A stretch of DNA of 64,000 bases from Candidatus Hydrogenedentota bacterium. GTDB taxonomy: Bacteria; Hydrogenedentota; Hydrogenedentia; Hydrogenedentales; SLHB01. The stretch spans positions 1,472,001 to 1,536,000 of the forward strand of contig CAXXTH010000017.1 of the NCBI GenBank assembly GCA_963668025.2, read 5' to 3'. Of this stretch, positions 28,184 through 37,691 are shown one piece after another (position 1 is the first letter of the stretch; each line of letters begins with the position of its first letter). The notes beneath the pieces are model-generated. The model searched no databases and was not told the DNA's origin. It saw only the letters and a program-made list of their open reading frames with translations. Position numbers and translations under genes: made by a program.

Positions 28184-29905
28184 CTACATCCGGTCTACAA
28201 TTTCGATCCCGAGCAGCCCGAGGGCGTTGCGCAAGGTTTGGCGCGTGGCGGCGCAAAGCTGGGCGCGGGAATCGCGCAATGCCGGTGTAGCGGCGTCGAG
28301 GACGGGGCATTCGTGGTAGAACGTGGTGAACGCACGGGCCGCATCCAACACGTACTGGGCAATGGGCGCGCAGGAGCGTTGCGATAAGGCCGTTTGTACT
28401 ACGGTGGGAAATTCCGACAGCTTCAAGCACAACAGCCACTCGGCGTCGGTTTCCATGGTGAAGCTCCCGGACACCGGCGGCACATCCATCCCGTACTTCC
28501 GCAGGATCGAGGCGATGCGCGCGCAGGAATACTGCACATACGGCCCCGTGTCGCCCGAGAAGGACAGGCTCGATTCCCAGTCAAACACGACGTTTTTATT
28601 CGGATTCACCCGCAGAATCGCGAATCGCACCGCCGCCACGGCCACTTTTATGGCGATGGACCTGCGCTCTTCGGGGGAAAGGTCGCGGCATTGCTCCTCG
28701 ACCTTCTCGGCAGAACGCCGCGCCGCTTCATCTAGGAAATCCGAGAGCAGCACGACCTTGCCTTGGCGGGTGGACATTTTGCCGTCTTTGAGCACGATAT
28801 AGGCGTAATACACCGCCTCGGGATACTGGTGCCCCGCCGCTTCGAGGATCATGGACTGCTGCTGGGCGTAGAGCTTGTGGTCTTCGCCGAGAATGATCAG
28901 GTTCAGGTCCGCGCATTGCTCCATCTTGTGGATGGTATACGCGAGATCGCGGTAGCCGTACATCGAGCTGCCGTTGGCCCGCATGAGGACGAAATAACGC
29001 CCTTCTTCCTGCGTATGGCCTAACGCCGAAAGGTCCACCACGAGGCGGCCTTCTTCATCCGTGAAGACCGCGTTCCGCGCCTGCAACGCGGCCACAATGG
29101 CATCCAGGCGTGGGTCGCGCACGAAATTGGATTCGCGGTCGAACACATCGTAATTAATGCCCAAGCGCGCCAGCACCAGGATTTGGCCGTTCAAGCACAG
29201 GTTGGTGACGGCATGGAATTTGGCCCGTGTCTCGGGGTCGCCTTCTTCCATCCGCGCGAGCAGGGAATAGCCCTTGGCGGCGAAAGATTCGTCATCCTCC
29301 GCACGCTGGTTGGCCTGGACATAGGCATCGAGCACTTCCTCGAAACGGATATCCGGCTCAGCGCCTTCCGCCAAAACGCCCACTTTTTCTTCAATAGCCA
29401 GCACCAGCAGGCCGATTTGGCGGCCCATGTCGTTGACGTAATAATGAACGCTGACATCGTATCCTTCGAAGCGGAGCAGCCGGACGATGCTGTCGCCGAT
29501 CATGGCGTTGCGCGCCCGGCCCACATGGGGGCTTGCATTCGGATTGATGCTCGTGTGCTCGACCAGCGCCGTCTTGCCCGCACCCGTCGCGCCGGAACCA
29601 AAATATGCGCCCATATCAAAAACGTGATCAGCCAGGCGGCGGCCAAAAAAGGCGCGGTCGATATGGAAATTCACATACGGCCCCGCCAATGCCGTTGATT
29701 TAACTTCAGGGCCAAAAGACGTCTCGTCCGCGATGCGTTTCGCCATATCAGGCGGAGCTATGCCCAGGCGTTTCGCAGGCAGGAAAGCGCGCAATGCCAT
29801 ATCGCCCATACCCGGCTTGGGAGCGGGCGAGAACACTAGGTCCGCAGGCTCCAAACTTGGAAAAGCCTTCAAAATGGCATCTGCGATAGGCGCGAACAAT
29901 TCCAA
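28184..29905 (-). CDS. argS: Arginine--tRNA ligase
   Basis: EHTSINPN..PHVGRARNA (HIGH-like), KMSTRQG, GDTGPYVQYSCAR and a DALR-type C-terminus. Confidence 0.95.
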   Translation of the reverse strand: MELFAPIADAILKAFPSLEPADLVFSPAPKPGMGDMALRAFLPAKRLGIAPPDMAKRIADETSFGPEVKSTALAGPYVNFHIDRAFFGRRLADHVFDMGAYFGSGATGAGKTALVEHTSINPNASPHVGRARNAMIGDSIVRLLRFEGYDVSVHYYVNDMGRQIGLLVLAIEEKVGVLAEGAEPDIRFEEVLDAYVQANQRAEDDESFAAKGYSLLARMEEGDPETRAKFHAVTNLCLNGQILVLARLGINYDVFDRESNFVRDPRLDAIVAALQARNAVFTDEEGRLVVDLSALGHTQEEGRYFVLMRANGSSMYGYRDLAYTIHKMEQCADLNLIILGEDHKLYAQQQSMILEAAGHQYPEAVYYAYIVLKDGKMSTRQGKVVLLSDFLDEAARRSAEKVEEQCRDLSPEERRSIAIKVAVAAVRFAILRVNPNKNVVFDWESSLSFSGDTGPYVQYSCARIASILRKYGMDVPPVSGSFTMETDAEWLLCLKLSEFPTVVQTALSQRSCAPIAQYVLDAARAFTTFYHECPVLDAATPALRDSRAQLCAATRQTLRNALGLLGIEIVDRM

Positions 29906-30329
29906 TGTACAGTCTCCTTTTCAACTATAGAACGCAGGGTGGGGCTTGCCCCACCGCTCAAAGCCATACTCCGCCTGGCGGGATAGCAATCATTGATCCA
30001 CAAATGATGCATATGGCATAACGCGGCATGGCGGCAACTAAAGATCCGGATTTTGAGACCACTAAACACACTAACTACACTAAAATCTGTAGGGTGGGGC
30101 TTGCCCCACCGATCAAGGGATACGCCTATACAGTCTCGAACATAATCATTTTATATGCAATGGTTTCTCAGGAAAATTTTCGCAAGAAAACAACATTTCG
30201 GCAAATAGTAGCATGGATGATAAAATACCGCAGAGGCAGGTTGCACCATTATAACCACTGATTTATACGGTGAATCGGACCTTGCCCTAAATAATCATAG
30301 CGAAGATCGCACCACTATCTTTCAAAAAG

Positions 30330-30517
30330 GTAACACTTTAGTCGACTGAAGTAGCATCTGATATTTGGCAGCCTTGTTTATTCCTTTTCGCCGGTATTGA
30401 TACATTATTTTGCATCTGACGACCGACGATGGCGTCGGTCCCACACTTTTTAATGTAATCAAATTGTGGGACCGGCGCCCTCGCCGGTCCTTCTTCACCA
30501 CTTGGCTAAAGTGTTAC
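30330..30517. mobile_element. 188-bp MITE with IS66-type ends, copy 1
   Basis: Starts GTAACACTTTAGTCGACTGAAG and ends GGCTAAAGTGTTAC, matching the IS66 at 52910-54437; no ORF. Confidence 0.85.
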
Positions 30518-30741
30518 TCAACATCTTGTTTTCTTGCGATGATTTTCCGTGTAAGCAAGTCAGAGTACATTAACTTGATATAGCATACGATTTTCAGGGT
30601 ATTTGGGCTGGCTCCTCCTTTGACTGGTGGGGCAAGCCCCACCCTACGTCAAGATTGTAAAAATCGATTATTCGTGATCATCCGTGCCTATTCGTGGTTC
30701 AAGATCCGGATCTTTGGCCGCGACGATGCCGTGGAAGCAAC

Positions 30742-31287
30742 TCACTGCCCCGTGGGGGCGTCCGGCGCACCGGATTCACCGTATATTTTTTCTTCCTGCT
30801 CGCGCAGGTGCTTGTCCACGTCCGTCAGATAGCGTTTCGTGATGAGCACCAAGTGGTAGCCGAATCCCGTACGGATTATACCGCTCACCTGGCCGATGGG
30901 GCCTTTCCACACATACTCCTCGAAATCGCCCTGATAGGTTCCTTTCTTGGCGGGGCCTAGATCGCCGCCCTTCGTGGCGCTATAGGGATCTTCGGAATAC
31001 TTCTCCGCCAATTCCGCGAATGTTTTCTTGAGTTCATCAGGCGACTTGATGCCGTCGAGCTGCTGTTTGAGCTCTTTTAGGCGTTCGAGGGCGCGGGCTT
31101 TTTCCGCGGGATTATTTAGGTCCGCCTTAATCAGAATATGGCTGGCCGTCACCTCCGAGCGAGACGGCTTGACTGGCCCCATGAGCCAAAGCCCGAGCAG
31201 CATCACCACAAACAGCCCCGCCACAATGAGCCACCACCGTTTGGTGCGATCCGGCGTTTCCTCGACTTTATTGGATTCAAAGGACAT
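30742..31287 (-). CDS. Parvulin-type peptidyl-prolyl isomerase, membrane anchored
   Basis: ASHILIK, FAELAEKYSEDP.SA.KGGDLG and T.FGYHLV motifs. Confidence 0.9.
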   Translation of the reverse strand: MSFESNKVEETPDRTKRWWLIVAGLFVVMLLGLWLMGPVKPSRSEVTASHILIKADLNNPAEKARALERLKELKQQLDGIKSPDELKKTFAELAEKYSEDPYSATKGGDLGPAKKGTYQGDFEEYVWKGPIGQVSGIIRTGFGYHLVLITKRYLTDVDKHLREQEEKIYGESGAPDAPTGQ

Positions 31288-32311
31288 TGTTTAACGCTCC
31301 AAAATATGCTCCATAAAACTGAAGAAGAACATACAACACCAAGCCTGCCACGGCCAAGTATAAGACATAATAAAGCACTTTCGCCATTTGCTCCGAGGCG
31401 TGCATGGCCTCGTCGGTATACCATTGGGCGCATTTGCGCAGCGCCGAGTCCAGTTTGCCGCTCACTTCGCCTACCCGCAGCATCTCGTGTGAAGTCGGCA
31501 GGAAATACCGGCTTCGTGCGAAAGCGTCCACGAGGGACGAGCCATCGCGGACCATCGGTATGGCGTTGAGCATATCTTGCTCGATATACGGATTCGCTGT
31601 TACGGCGGCGGCGCGCTCGATGCAACGCACTATCGGAACGCCGCTGCCGATTAGCAAAGCCATGCTGCGGAAGAACCGCGCCAGTGCGAAACGCCGCGCC
31701 ACTGGGGCGATGGGCCAGACAAATGTCGCCACCCAGCCCACAATCCACTTGAGCACGCCCATCCGCGAAAGGCCCATGCAACCCAGCGCCAGGAGTCCAA
31801 GGACAAATGCCGTCTTGATTTGAAACCAGGCATATCCGCCCAGATAGCGTCCAAACGAGAAGGCCGGGCCTTTTCCAAAGATCGAGCCGAACGCCTCCCG
31901 GATCAATGGCACGGAGAACGTGCCCGCGAACCAAGCCAGCACCACCAGCACGCACGGATACGTCAGTGCGCTCACCATGGCGCGCTGTATCTTGAGGCGG
32001 TCCTCAAAATAGCCGGCCAGGTCATTGAACATGACATCCAGCCGCCCGCCCATTTCGCCCGCCGCGATGGTCTCCACGAAATACACGGGGAAATACGCCG
32101 ACTCCGCGCGCACCGCGTCGGTTAGCGTCGAACCGCCTTTAATTGCTTCTTGCATGCGTTCGAGCGAATGGCTGGCCTGCGAGAAGTGCAGCTTGCCGCG
32201 CACCAAGCTCAAGGCCTGGATAATAGGGATGCCCGCATCATACGCCGTGGCCAATTGCCGGCATAGCACCACAAGCTGTTTAAGCGGTATTTGGGATGAA
32301 AACAGTCCCAT
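31277..32311 (-). CDS. PilC/GspF-family inner-membrane platform protein
   Basis: RQLAT..AGIP, AGE.GG.LD, SALTYP and GE.SGKLD motifs; likely start MGLFSSQ. Confidence 0.88.
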   Translation of the reverse strand: MGLFSSQIPLKQLVVLCRQLATAYDAGIPIIQALSLVRGKLHFSQASHSLERMQEAIKGGSTLTDAVRAESAYFPVYFVETIAAGEMGGRLDVMFNDLAGYFEDRLKIQRAMVSALTYPCVLVVLAWFAGTFSVPLIREAFGSIFGKGPAFSFGRYLGGYAWFQIKTAFVLGLLALGCMGLSRMGVLKWIVGWVATFVWPIAPVARRFALARFFRSMALLIGSGVPIVRCIERAAAVTANPYIEQDMLNAIPMVRDGSSLVDAFARSRYFLPTSHEMLRVGEVSGKLDSALRKCAQWYTDEAMHASEQMAKVLYYVLYLAVAGLVLYVLLQFYGAYFGALNNVL

Positions 32312-32485
32312 GTCCGCCACCGCCTTTCCTGGATTTGAACCTATACACTCGATGAGGCGCTCAAGTCGCAAATTCTACCAAAGATATATCAAAATGGCCA
32401 ACAAACCTAGAATTCATGTATGTGGCCGTAGCATGGGCGTCCCGCCCATGCCACAAATCGCCACATGCCATTGCTATAGCCGTTT

Positions 32486-33611
32486 CTAGAACAACCGCAA
32501 CACGGCGCACGCCAAATAGGCGGTTTCGGGCATGGCCAGCAACACCGGGTGGTCGGGAGCGGCCCCATACAGGCCAAGCATCTGCGCTTCCCGTTGGGCG
32601 GTGCGGGCCGCCCGTTTTAATGTCTCGAGAAAATCTTCGCTACTGATAAAGTGGGAACAACAGGAAGCCACAAGATAGCCGCCGGGTGCTACGGCGCGCA
32701 TGGCTGCTTCATGCAGCGCTTGGTGCAGCCCCATGGCGCGCGTGCGTTGGGTGCGGCTCTTGGCCAGCGCAGGCGGATCCACCAGCACGATATCGTATTG
32801 TTCTCCGCGCGCCAGAACGGCCGCCGCGTCGGCGCACTCGAAACGGCAGCGCGCCTCCACGCCATTCAGGGCCGCATGTTTGCTGGCGGCTTCGATGGCA
32901 GGCTGGGATGTATCCACGCCCAGCACGGATTCCGCGCCCGCCTGGGCGGCGCGGCAGCTCCACATGCCGGCGTGGCAATGGCAATCCAGCACCCGCGCAC
33001 CTGGCGCCAGCGTGTCCATTAAGCGGATGTTCACCCGCTGGTCGAGAAACAGCCCGGTCTTCTGGCCATGCTCGATGTCCACGGAAACCCGCAGGCCATC
33101 GAACAGGCACTCCACGGGGCTTGTGGCGCATCCGAAGCATTGCTCCGCGCCGCGCACCTGGAGCCGGACGCCTTCAACGCCTTCGTATTGCAGGAAGGCC
33201 TGGGCAAGCGCTTCGGCGTGGCCCGAATAAAATGCGCACGAAGACTGCACATTCACCACGGACCCATACCGGTCGGCCACTAGGCCGGGCAGTTCGTCGC
33301 TTTCTCCAAATACCCACCGGTATGTATGTTCACCGGGAAACAGCCGCTCGCGGAGTTTCAACGCTGTTTCGACGCGCCGGGCTAGGAATGGGGCGTCCAG
33401 CTCTTCCTGCCGCCGAGACAGAATGCGCACGGCGATCCCGCCTTCGGCCTGGTAGAATCCCCCGGGCCACAAACCGGCCCCGTTCCGCGAATACGTCCAC
33501 GGGCTGGCCGTCCTCAAGGTCCGGCAGCGCCTCGAATTCATTCCGGTAAGCCCATAAATGGCCGCGCAGCAGGCGGCGATCTTCTTTTGGATGGAGTGTG
33601 ATGCGTTTCAT
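32486..33611 (-). pseudogene. rlmI: RlmI-like class I SAM rRNA methyltransferase, split by a +1 frameshift at 33459-33463
   Basis: The PUA start MKRITL..GHLWAYRNE lies in one frame and FYQAEGGIAVR..ESDELPGL..GQKTGLFLDQR..DPP in another; removing one G from GGGGG joins them as VARGFY. Confidence 0.8.
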
Positions 33612-33745
33612 GCGGAGTAGTGTACACGATGGGCAGGACGAAACGGTAAGACTATGCGCTTGCCCGCAGTTGGATGGAAGGCATCGTTTGCGTTTCTGTG
33701 TGGAGCTATTTCTTTCGGCTCCTTGAATTCGGTACAATCCCGCCT

Positions 33746-35101
33746 ATGCCTATGATGGAACAACCCCAGATTTTGACGGTCAGCCAGTTGACGCGGCGCG
33801 TCAAGGATTTGCTCGAGACCGAAGTGAACCACACGTGGGTTTCGGGCGAGATCTCGAATTGGCGGGTTTCGCCCGCCGGGCATGCGTATTTCACCCTCAA
33901 GGACCAGGACAGCCAGATTGACGCCGTCATGTTTCGCGGGCGGATCATGAAGCTCCAATGCAAGCCCGAGAATGGCCTCGAAGTGGTTGTCTTCGGGCTG
34001 GTTACGGTCTACGAGAAGCGGGGCAATTACCAGATCGTGTGCGACGAGATGCAGCCGAAAGGCCTCGGGGCGCTCCAACTCGCCTTCGAGAAGCTCAAGC
34101 GCAAACTCGAAGCGGAGGGCTTGTTCAGCGAGGAGCACAAAAAGCCTTTACCGATGCTGCCCCGGCGCATCGGTATCGTGACATCGCCCACTGGAGCCGC
34201 CATCCGCGATATCTTGAATGTCTTGTCGCGGCGCTTCGCCAATCTGCATGTCATTCTCTATCCGGCGCGGGTGCAAGGCGAGGAAGCGGCTGGGGAGATC
34301 GTCGAGGGCATCCGGGCGCTCGATGCGATGGACGTCGATGTCATGATCATCGGGCGCGGCGGCGGCTCCCTCGAAGACCTATGGCCTTTTAATATGGAAA
34401 GTGTCGTGCGCGCGGTCTACGAGGCGAAAACACCCATCATCTCCGCCGTGGGCCACGAGATTGATTTCACCCTTACGGATTTTGCCGCTGATCTGCGCGC
34501 TCCGACGCCTTCGGCGGCGGCGGAATTGGTCGTGCAGGAACAAGAGGCCCTGCTTAAGCGCGTGGCCCAGACGCGCCGCGCCCTCGCCAAAGCCGTCGAG
34601 GGGCGGCTGCTTCAGGTGAAAAACCGCCTGGCCCTTGCGCAATCGAGCTACGTGTTCCGCCGCCCCGAGGAGCTGGTCCGCCAGCGCCGCCAGTGCGCGG
34701 ATGACCTGCGCATGCGCTTGGACGCCTGCATGGCCCAGCGCCTCACCCGCGCCCAAGCGCGGGTGAGCCAGTCGGCGCGGGCATTGGCGCTGTTGTCGCC
34801 CGCCGCGATGGTGCGTCGCACGCAGGAACGCCTCGCCGCCCTGGGTGAACGCCTGTTGCGTTCCGCCCGAAACGAAGTTGAACGCCAGCGCGCCCGGTTG
34901 CGGCCTGTTGAAGCCCAACTCGATGCGCTTAGCCCCCTGGCCGTGCTGTCGCGCGGCTACGCCCTTGCGCGCAAGGTTTCCGATGGAGCCATTGTGCGCC
35001 AGGCATCCCAACTTGCACCCCACGACCGGCTTTTGCTGCGATTCGGCCAAGGCAGCGCCATCGCCGCCGTCGAAACCATAGAGGAAAACGGCCATGCCTG
35101 A
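33746..35101 (+). CDS. xseA: Exodeoxyribonuclease VII large subunit
   Basis: WVSGEISN..GHAYFTLKD, RGGGSLEDL, SAVGHEID and APTPSAAAE motifs. Confidence 0.97.
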   Translation: MPMMEQPQILTVSQLTRRVKDLLETEVNHTWVSGEISNWRVSPAGHAYFTLKDQDSQIDAVMFRGRIMKLQCKPENGLEVVVFGLVTVYEKRGNYQIVCDEMQPKGLGALQLAFEKLKRKLEAEGLFSEEHKKPLPMLPRRIGIVTSPTGAAIRDILNVLSRRFANLHVILYPARVQGEEAAGEIVEGIRALDAMDVDVMIIGRGGGSLEDLWPFNMESVVRAVYEAKTPIISAVGHEIDFTLTDFAADLRAPTPSAAAELVVQEQEALLKRVAQTRRALAKAVEGRLLQVKNRLALAQSSYVFRRPEELVRQRRQCADDLRMRLDACMAQRLTRAQARVSQSARALALLSPAAMVRRTQERLAALGERLLRSARNEVERQRARLRPVEAQLDALSPLAVLSRGYALARKVSDGAIVRQASQLAPHDRLLLRFGQGSAIAAVETIEENGHA

Positions 35102-35450
35102 ACAGCCCAGTTTTGAGAAAGATTTGGAACAGCTCGAACAGATCGTGGAGGCCCTCGAAGAGGGCCAGCTCTCGCTCGATGACTCGCTCAAGAAATTCGA
35201 GGAAGGCATCCGCCTCACCAAGCGATGCGAAAAAGCCCTCGCGCAAGCGGAAAAGAAAATCGAGATCCTGACGAAGAACGAGCAAGGGGAATTAGTGGTG
35301 GAGCCTTTCGGGGAAGAAGCAATAGAAGAGACAGCCGCCGCCGAGTCGAAGCCCAAGCCCGCCGCCAAAAAGAAAGCAGCGCCTGAGCCGTTGAAAGAAG
35401 CGGAAGACGAGAAGGAAGAAGAAGATACGGAAGGGGAATTGCTGTTTTGA
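35094..35450 (+). CDS. xseB: Exodeoxyribonuclease VII small subunit with an acidic tail
   Basis: FE..L..LE.IV..LE.G.LSLD.SL..FEEG. Confidence 0.95.
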   Translation: MPEQPSFEKDLEQLEQIVEALEEGQLSLDDSLKKFEEGIRLTKRCEKALAQAEKKIEILTKNEQGELVVEPFGEEAIEETAAAESKPKPAAKKKAAPEPLKEAEDEKEEEDTEGELLF

Positions 35451-35639
35451 TTTTTTCAACACAAAGACACGAAGGCGCCAGGAGCGCTGGGCGCGGCAGT
35501 TGGTTTATGATTTGAAATCAGAAAAAATCTATTTAAATTTAAACTTATATATTTTCCTATTTAAACAAATAAGCTTCTTATACTTCTTTGTGCCTTAGTG
35601 TCTTTGTGTTGAAAAGAAAAAGCCAGGAGCGCCGCCGCA

Positions 35640-36506
35640 ATGAGCATGGTATCCCAATTTCTCGCCATTAAATCGGCCCGCACGGAGCAGGCCTTGCATG
35701 CCTATCTCGACACGTGGACGGGTGCGCCAGAACGGCTGCGGGAAGCCGCCGCGTATAGCCTGTTCGCGGGCGGGAAGCGGCTGCGTCCGGCCCTCGTGCT
35801 GGGTGCGGCGGAAATCGTCTCGGGCGATAGCGCCGTGGCTTTGCCTGCGGCGTGCGCCATCGAGATGATACACACTTATTCGCTCATCCACGACGACTTG
35901 CCCGCCATGGACAACGACGTGCTGCGGCGGGGGCGGCCCACGTCGCACATCCAGTTTGGCGAAGCCTTGGCCATTCTTGCGGGCGACGCCCTGCTCACCA
36001 TGGCGTTCGATATTTGTGCCGAGACCGGCCGGGCGGATGTGGTGGCCGAACTGGCGCGGGCGGCGGGCGCGGCGGGCATGGTGGGCGGCCAGGTGATAGA
36101 CCTGCAAAGCGAGAACCAGCAGCTTACCCTCGATGAGCTTCGCCGGCTCCATGCCTGCAAGACCGGCGCGCTGATCCGCGTATCGGTGCGCATGGGGGCC
36201 ATGCTCGCCGGGGCCAGCAGCGAAGCGCTGGCGTCCCTTACCGCTTACGGTGAGCACATCGGCCTGGCGTTCCAGATCGCGGATGACATTCTCGATGTAG
36301 TGGGCGACACGAAAACACTCGGCAAAACTGTCGGCAGCGACGCCGCCCATCATAAATCCACCTACCCGGCGCTGTTGGGCCTCGACCGTTCGCGCGAACT
36401 CGCCCGCGAAGCCGTGGATGGCGCTATCGCCAATCTCGCGGCTTTCGGAGATGACGCCAACACCTTCCGTGAACTCGCCCGTTTCATCATCGAGCGGGAG
36501 TCATGA
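35640..36506 (+). CDS. ispA: Farnesyl/geranylgeranyl diphosphate synthase
   Basis: GGKRLRP, SLIHDDLPAMDND..RRG and FQIADDILD motifs. Confidence 0.95.
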   Translation: MSMVSQFLAIKSARTEQALHAYLDTWTGAPERLREAAAYSLFAGGKRLRPALVLGAAEIVSGDSAVALPAACAIEMIHTYSLIHDDLPAMDNDVLRRGRPTSHIQFGEALAILAGDALLTMAFDICAETGRADVVAELARAAGAAGMVGGQVIDLQSENQQLTLDELRRLHACKTGALIRVSVRMGAMLAGASSEALASLTAYGEHIGLAFQIADDILDVVGDTKTLGKTVGSDAAHHKSTYPALLGLDRSRELAREAVDGAIANLAAFGDDANTFRELARFIIERES

Positions 36507-36669
36507 TGGGTGCATCATATAGCGCAAGTGGTATTTACGCGTGGATTCTCACGGCGTTCCTGTGAGAAACACGTTCAAGCGTTTCAGAATAGCTCCCTCC
36601 GTAGCATGGGCGGGACGCCCATGCTACGAGGAAAATCCGTTTGCTTCGATTCATCCAGTCTTGAACGCG

Positions 36670-37371
36670 CTAATATGTGAGCGTGAACTGATACGTTACT
36701 CGGACCTTCGCCCGGCATTGGAGTTTACCGAGTGATGGCGCGTCGCCGTCCCAGTCTTCTTCGGTGTTCCATTCCACGGACTGAATATTCACATCGCATA
36801 CGGCGATAATATGTCCCGGCATAATATCCGCAGCCGCCTTGGCGAGGCCGTAGGCATTCTCGATGGCTTTCGCCACGGTGGCGTACTCTGTGGCGGTAGC
36901 GTCGGCGGGATACAAACGCGGACCGGATAAGGCGCAAGGAATGGCTTCTGAGATAGCGCGCATCTGGTCGCATAACGTGGCAAAATGCATTTGCCCGTTT
37001 TCTTCCACCACATACCGTGCGGATTTGAACGCCACTTTGGCGGTAGTCTGTACGTTGGGAAGTGAGGCCGGCTGTATATTGCTTTCGGGCGCAATCGATG
37101 GGGGAGAATACTGCACGTGCAGAGGCGCTAATTCCTGCTCCGTCAAAGCCTCTCCTACCCGGGCGTTGAAAGTGGAGGCCATTTCGACGGCGGCATACGC
37201 CGTATCGGCGGCGGCGTTCTGCTCGAGTATGAATTCCACTGTATCCGCAGTCGTTTCCAAGGCGGCTTCACCAGTGCATTGGATGGTTTGGATGGGCTTT
37301 GCGTCTTGCGCCGTGGCTTGTACGCCAGCCAGCAAGCAGGCCGCTATGATGATGTAGGCCGGTGTTCGCAT
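36670..37371 (-). CDS. SIMPL (DUF541) domain secreted protein
   Basis: Signal peptide; I...GEA....AD N-terminus; A.ENA...AK..A; C-terminal A.V.VTY. Confidence 0.6.
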   Translation of the reverse strand: MRTPAYIIIAACLLAGVQATAQDAKPIQTIQCTGEAALETTADTVEFILEQNAAADTAYAAVEMASTFNARVGEALTEQELAPLHVQYSPPSIAPESNIQPASLPNVQTTAKVAFKSARYVVEENGQMHFATLCDQMRAISEAIPCALSGPRLYPADATATEYATVAKAIENAYGLAKAAADIMPGHIIAVCDVNIQSVEWNTEEDWDGDAPSLGKLQCRAKVRVTYQFTLTY

Positions 37372-37541
37372 GGGTATTGCACTCCTCACTGTTGTCCCAT
37401 CGGGGCCAGGGATTTCAGCGCAAATAGTACCATGGACATGGGAATGAAAGGAATACGCGCGGTGGAGGCAATACGCGCGGTGGAGGCGGAGCTCCGCCCC
37501 TCTTCATGCACACGTATCCTGTTTATCCGGTGAATAGAGCC

Positions 37542-37570
37542 TTGACAAAACAGTTCTTGTGGTATACAGT
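37542..37570 (+). promoter_or_regulatory. Sigma70-type promoter
   Basis: TTGACA-17 bp-TACAGT upstream of the radical SAM gene. Confidence 0.6.
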
Positions 37571-37691
37571 ATACGTATGAACTGATGAGGGTTGCGCAAA
37601 TCTCTTGCCTTCAAGCATACGCAAGGAGGGATAACGCAAACCAATAAGTTCATATATATGCAGTATATAAAAGAACATAAGGAGCGGCGCT

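Noticed and set aside
31277-32311. PilC/GspF as part of the hybrid secretin system
   Set aside because: More than 20 kb away in a housekeeping context; no evidence of linkage
37452-37487. 18-bp tandem duplication AATACGCGCGGTGGAGGC x2
   Set aside because: Only two copies with no spacer; likely local slippage
37575-37650. Riboswitch or hammerhead in the radical SAM leader (CTGATGAG)
   Set aside because: Could not find the supporting stems or remaining core motifs; needs an Infernal/Rfam scan
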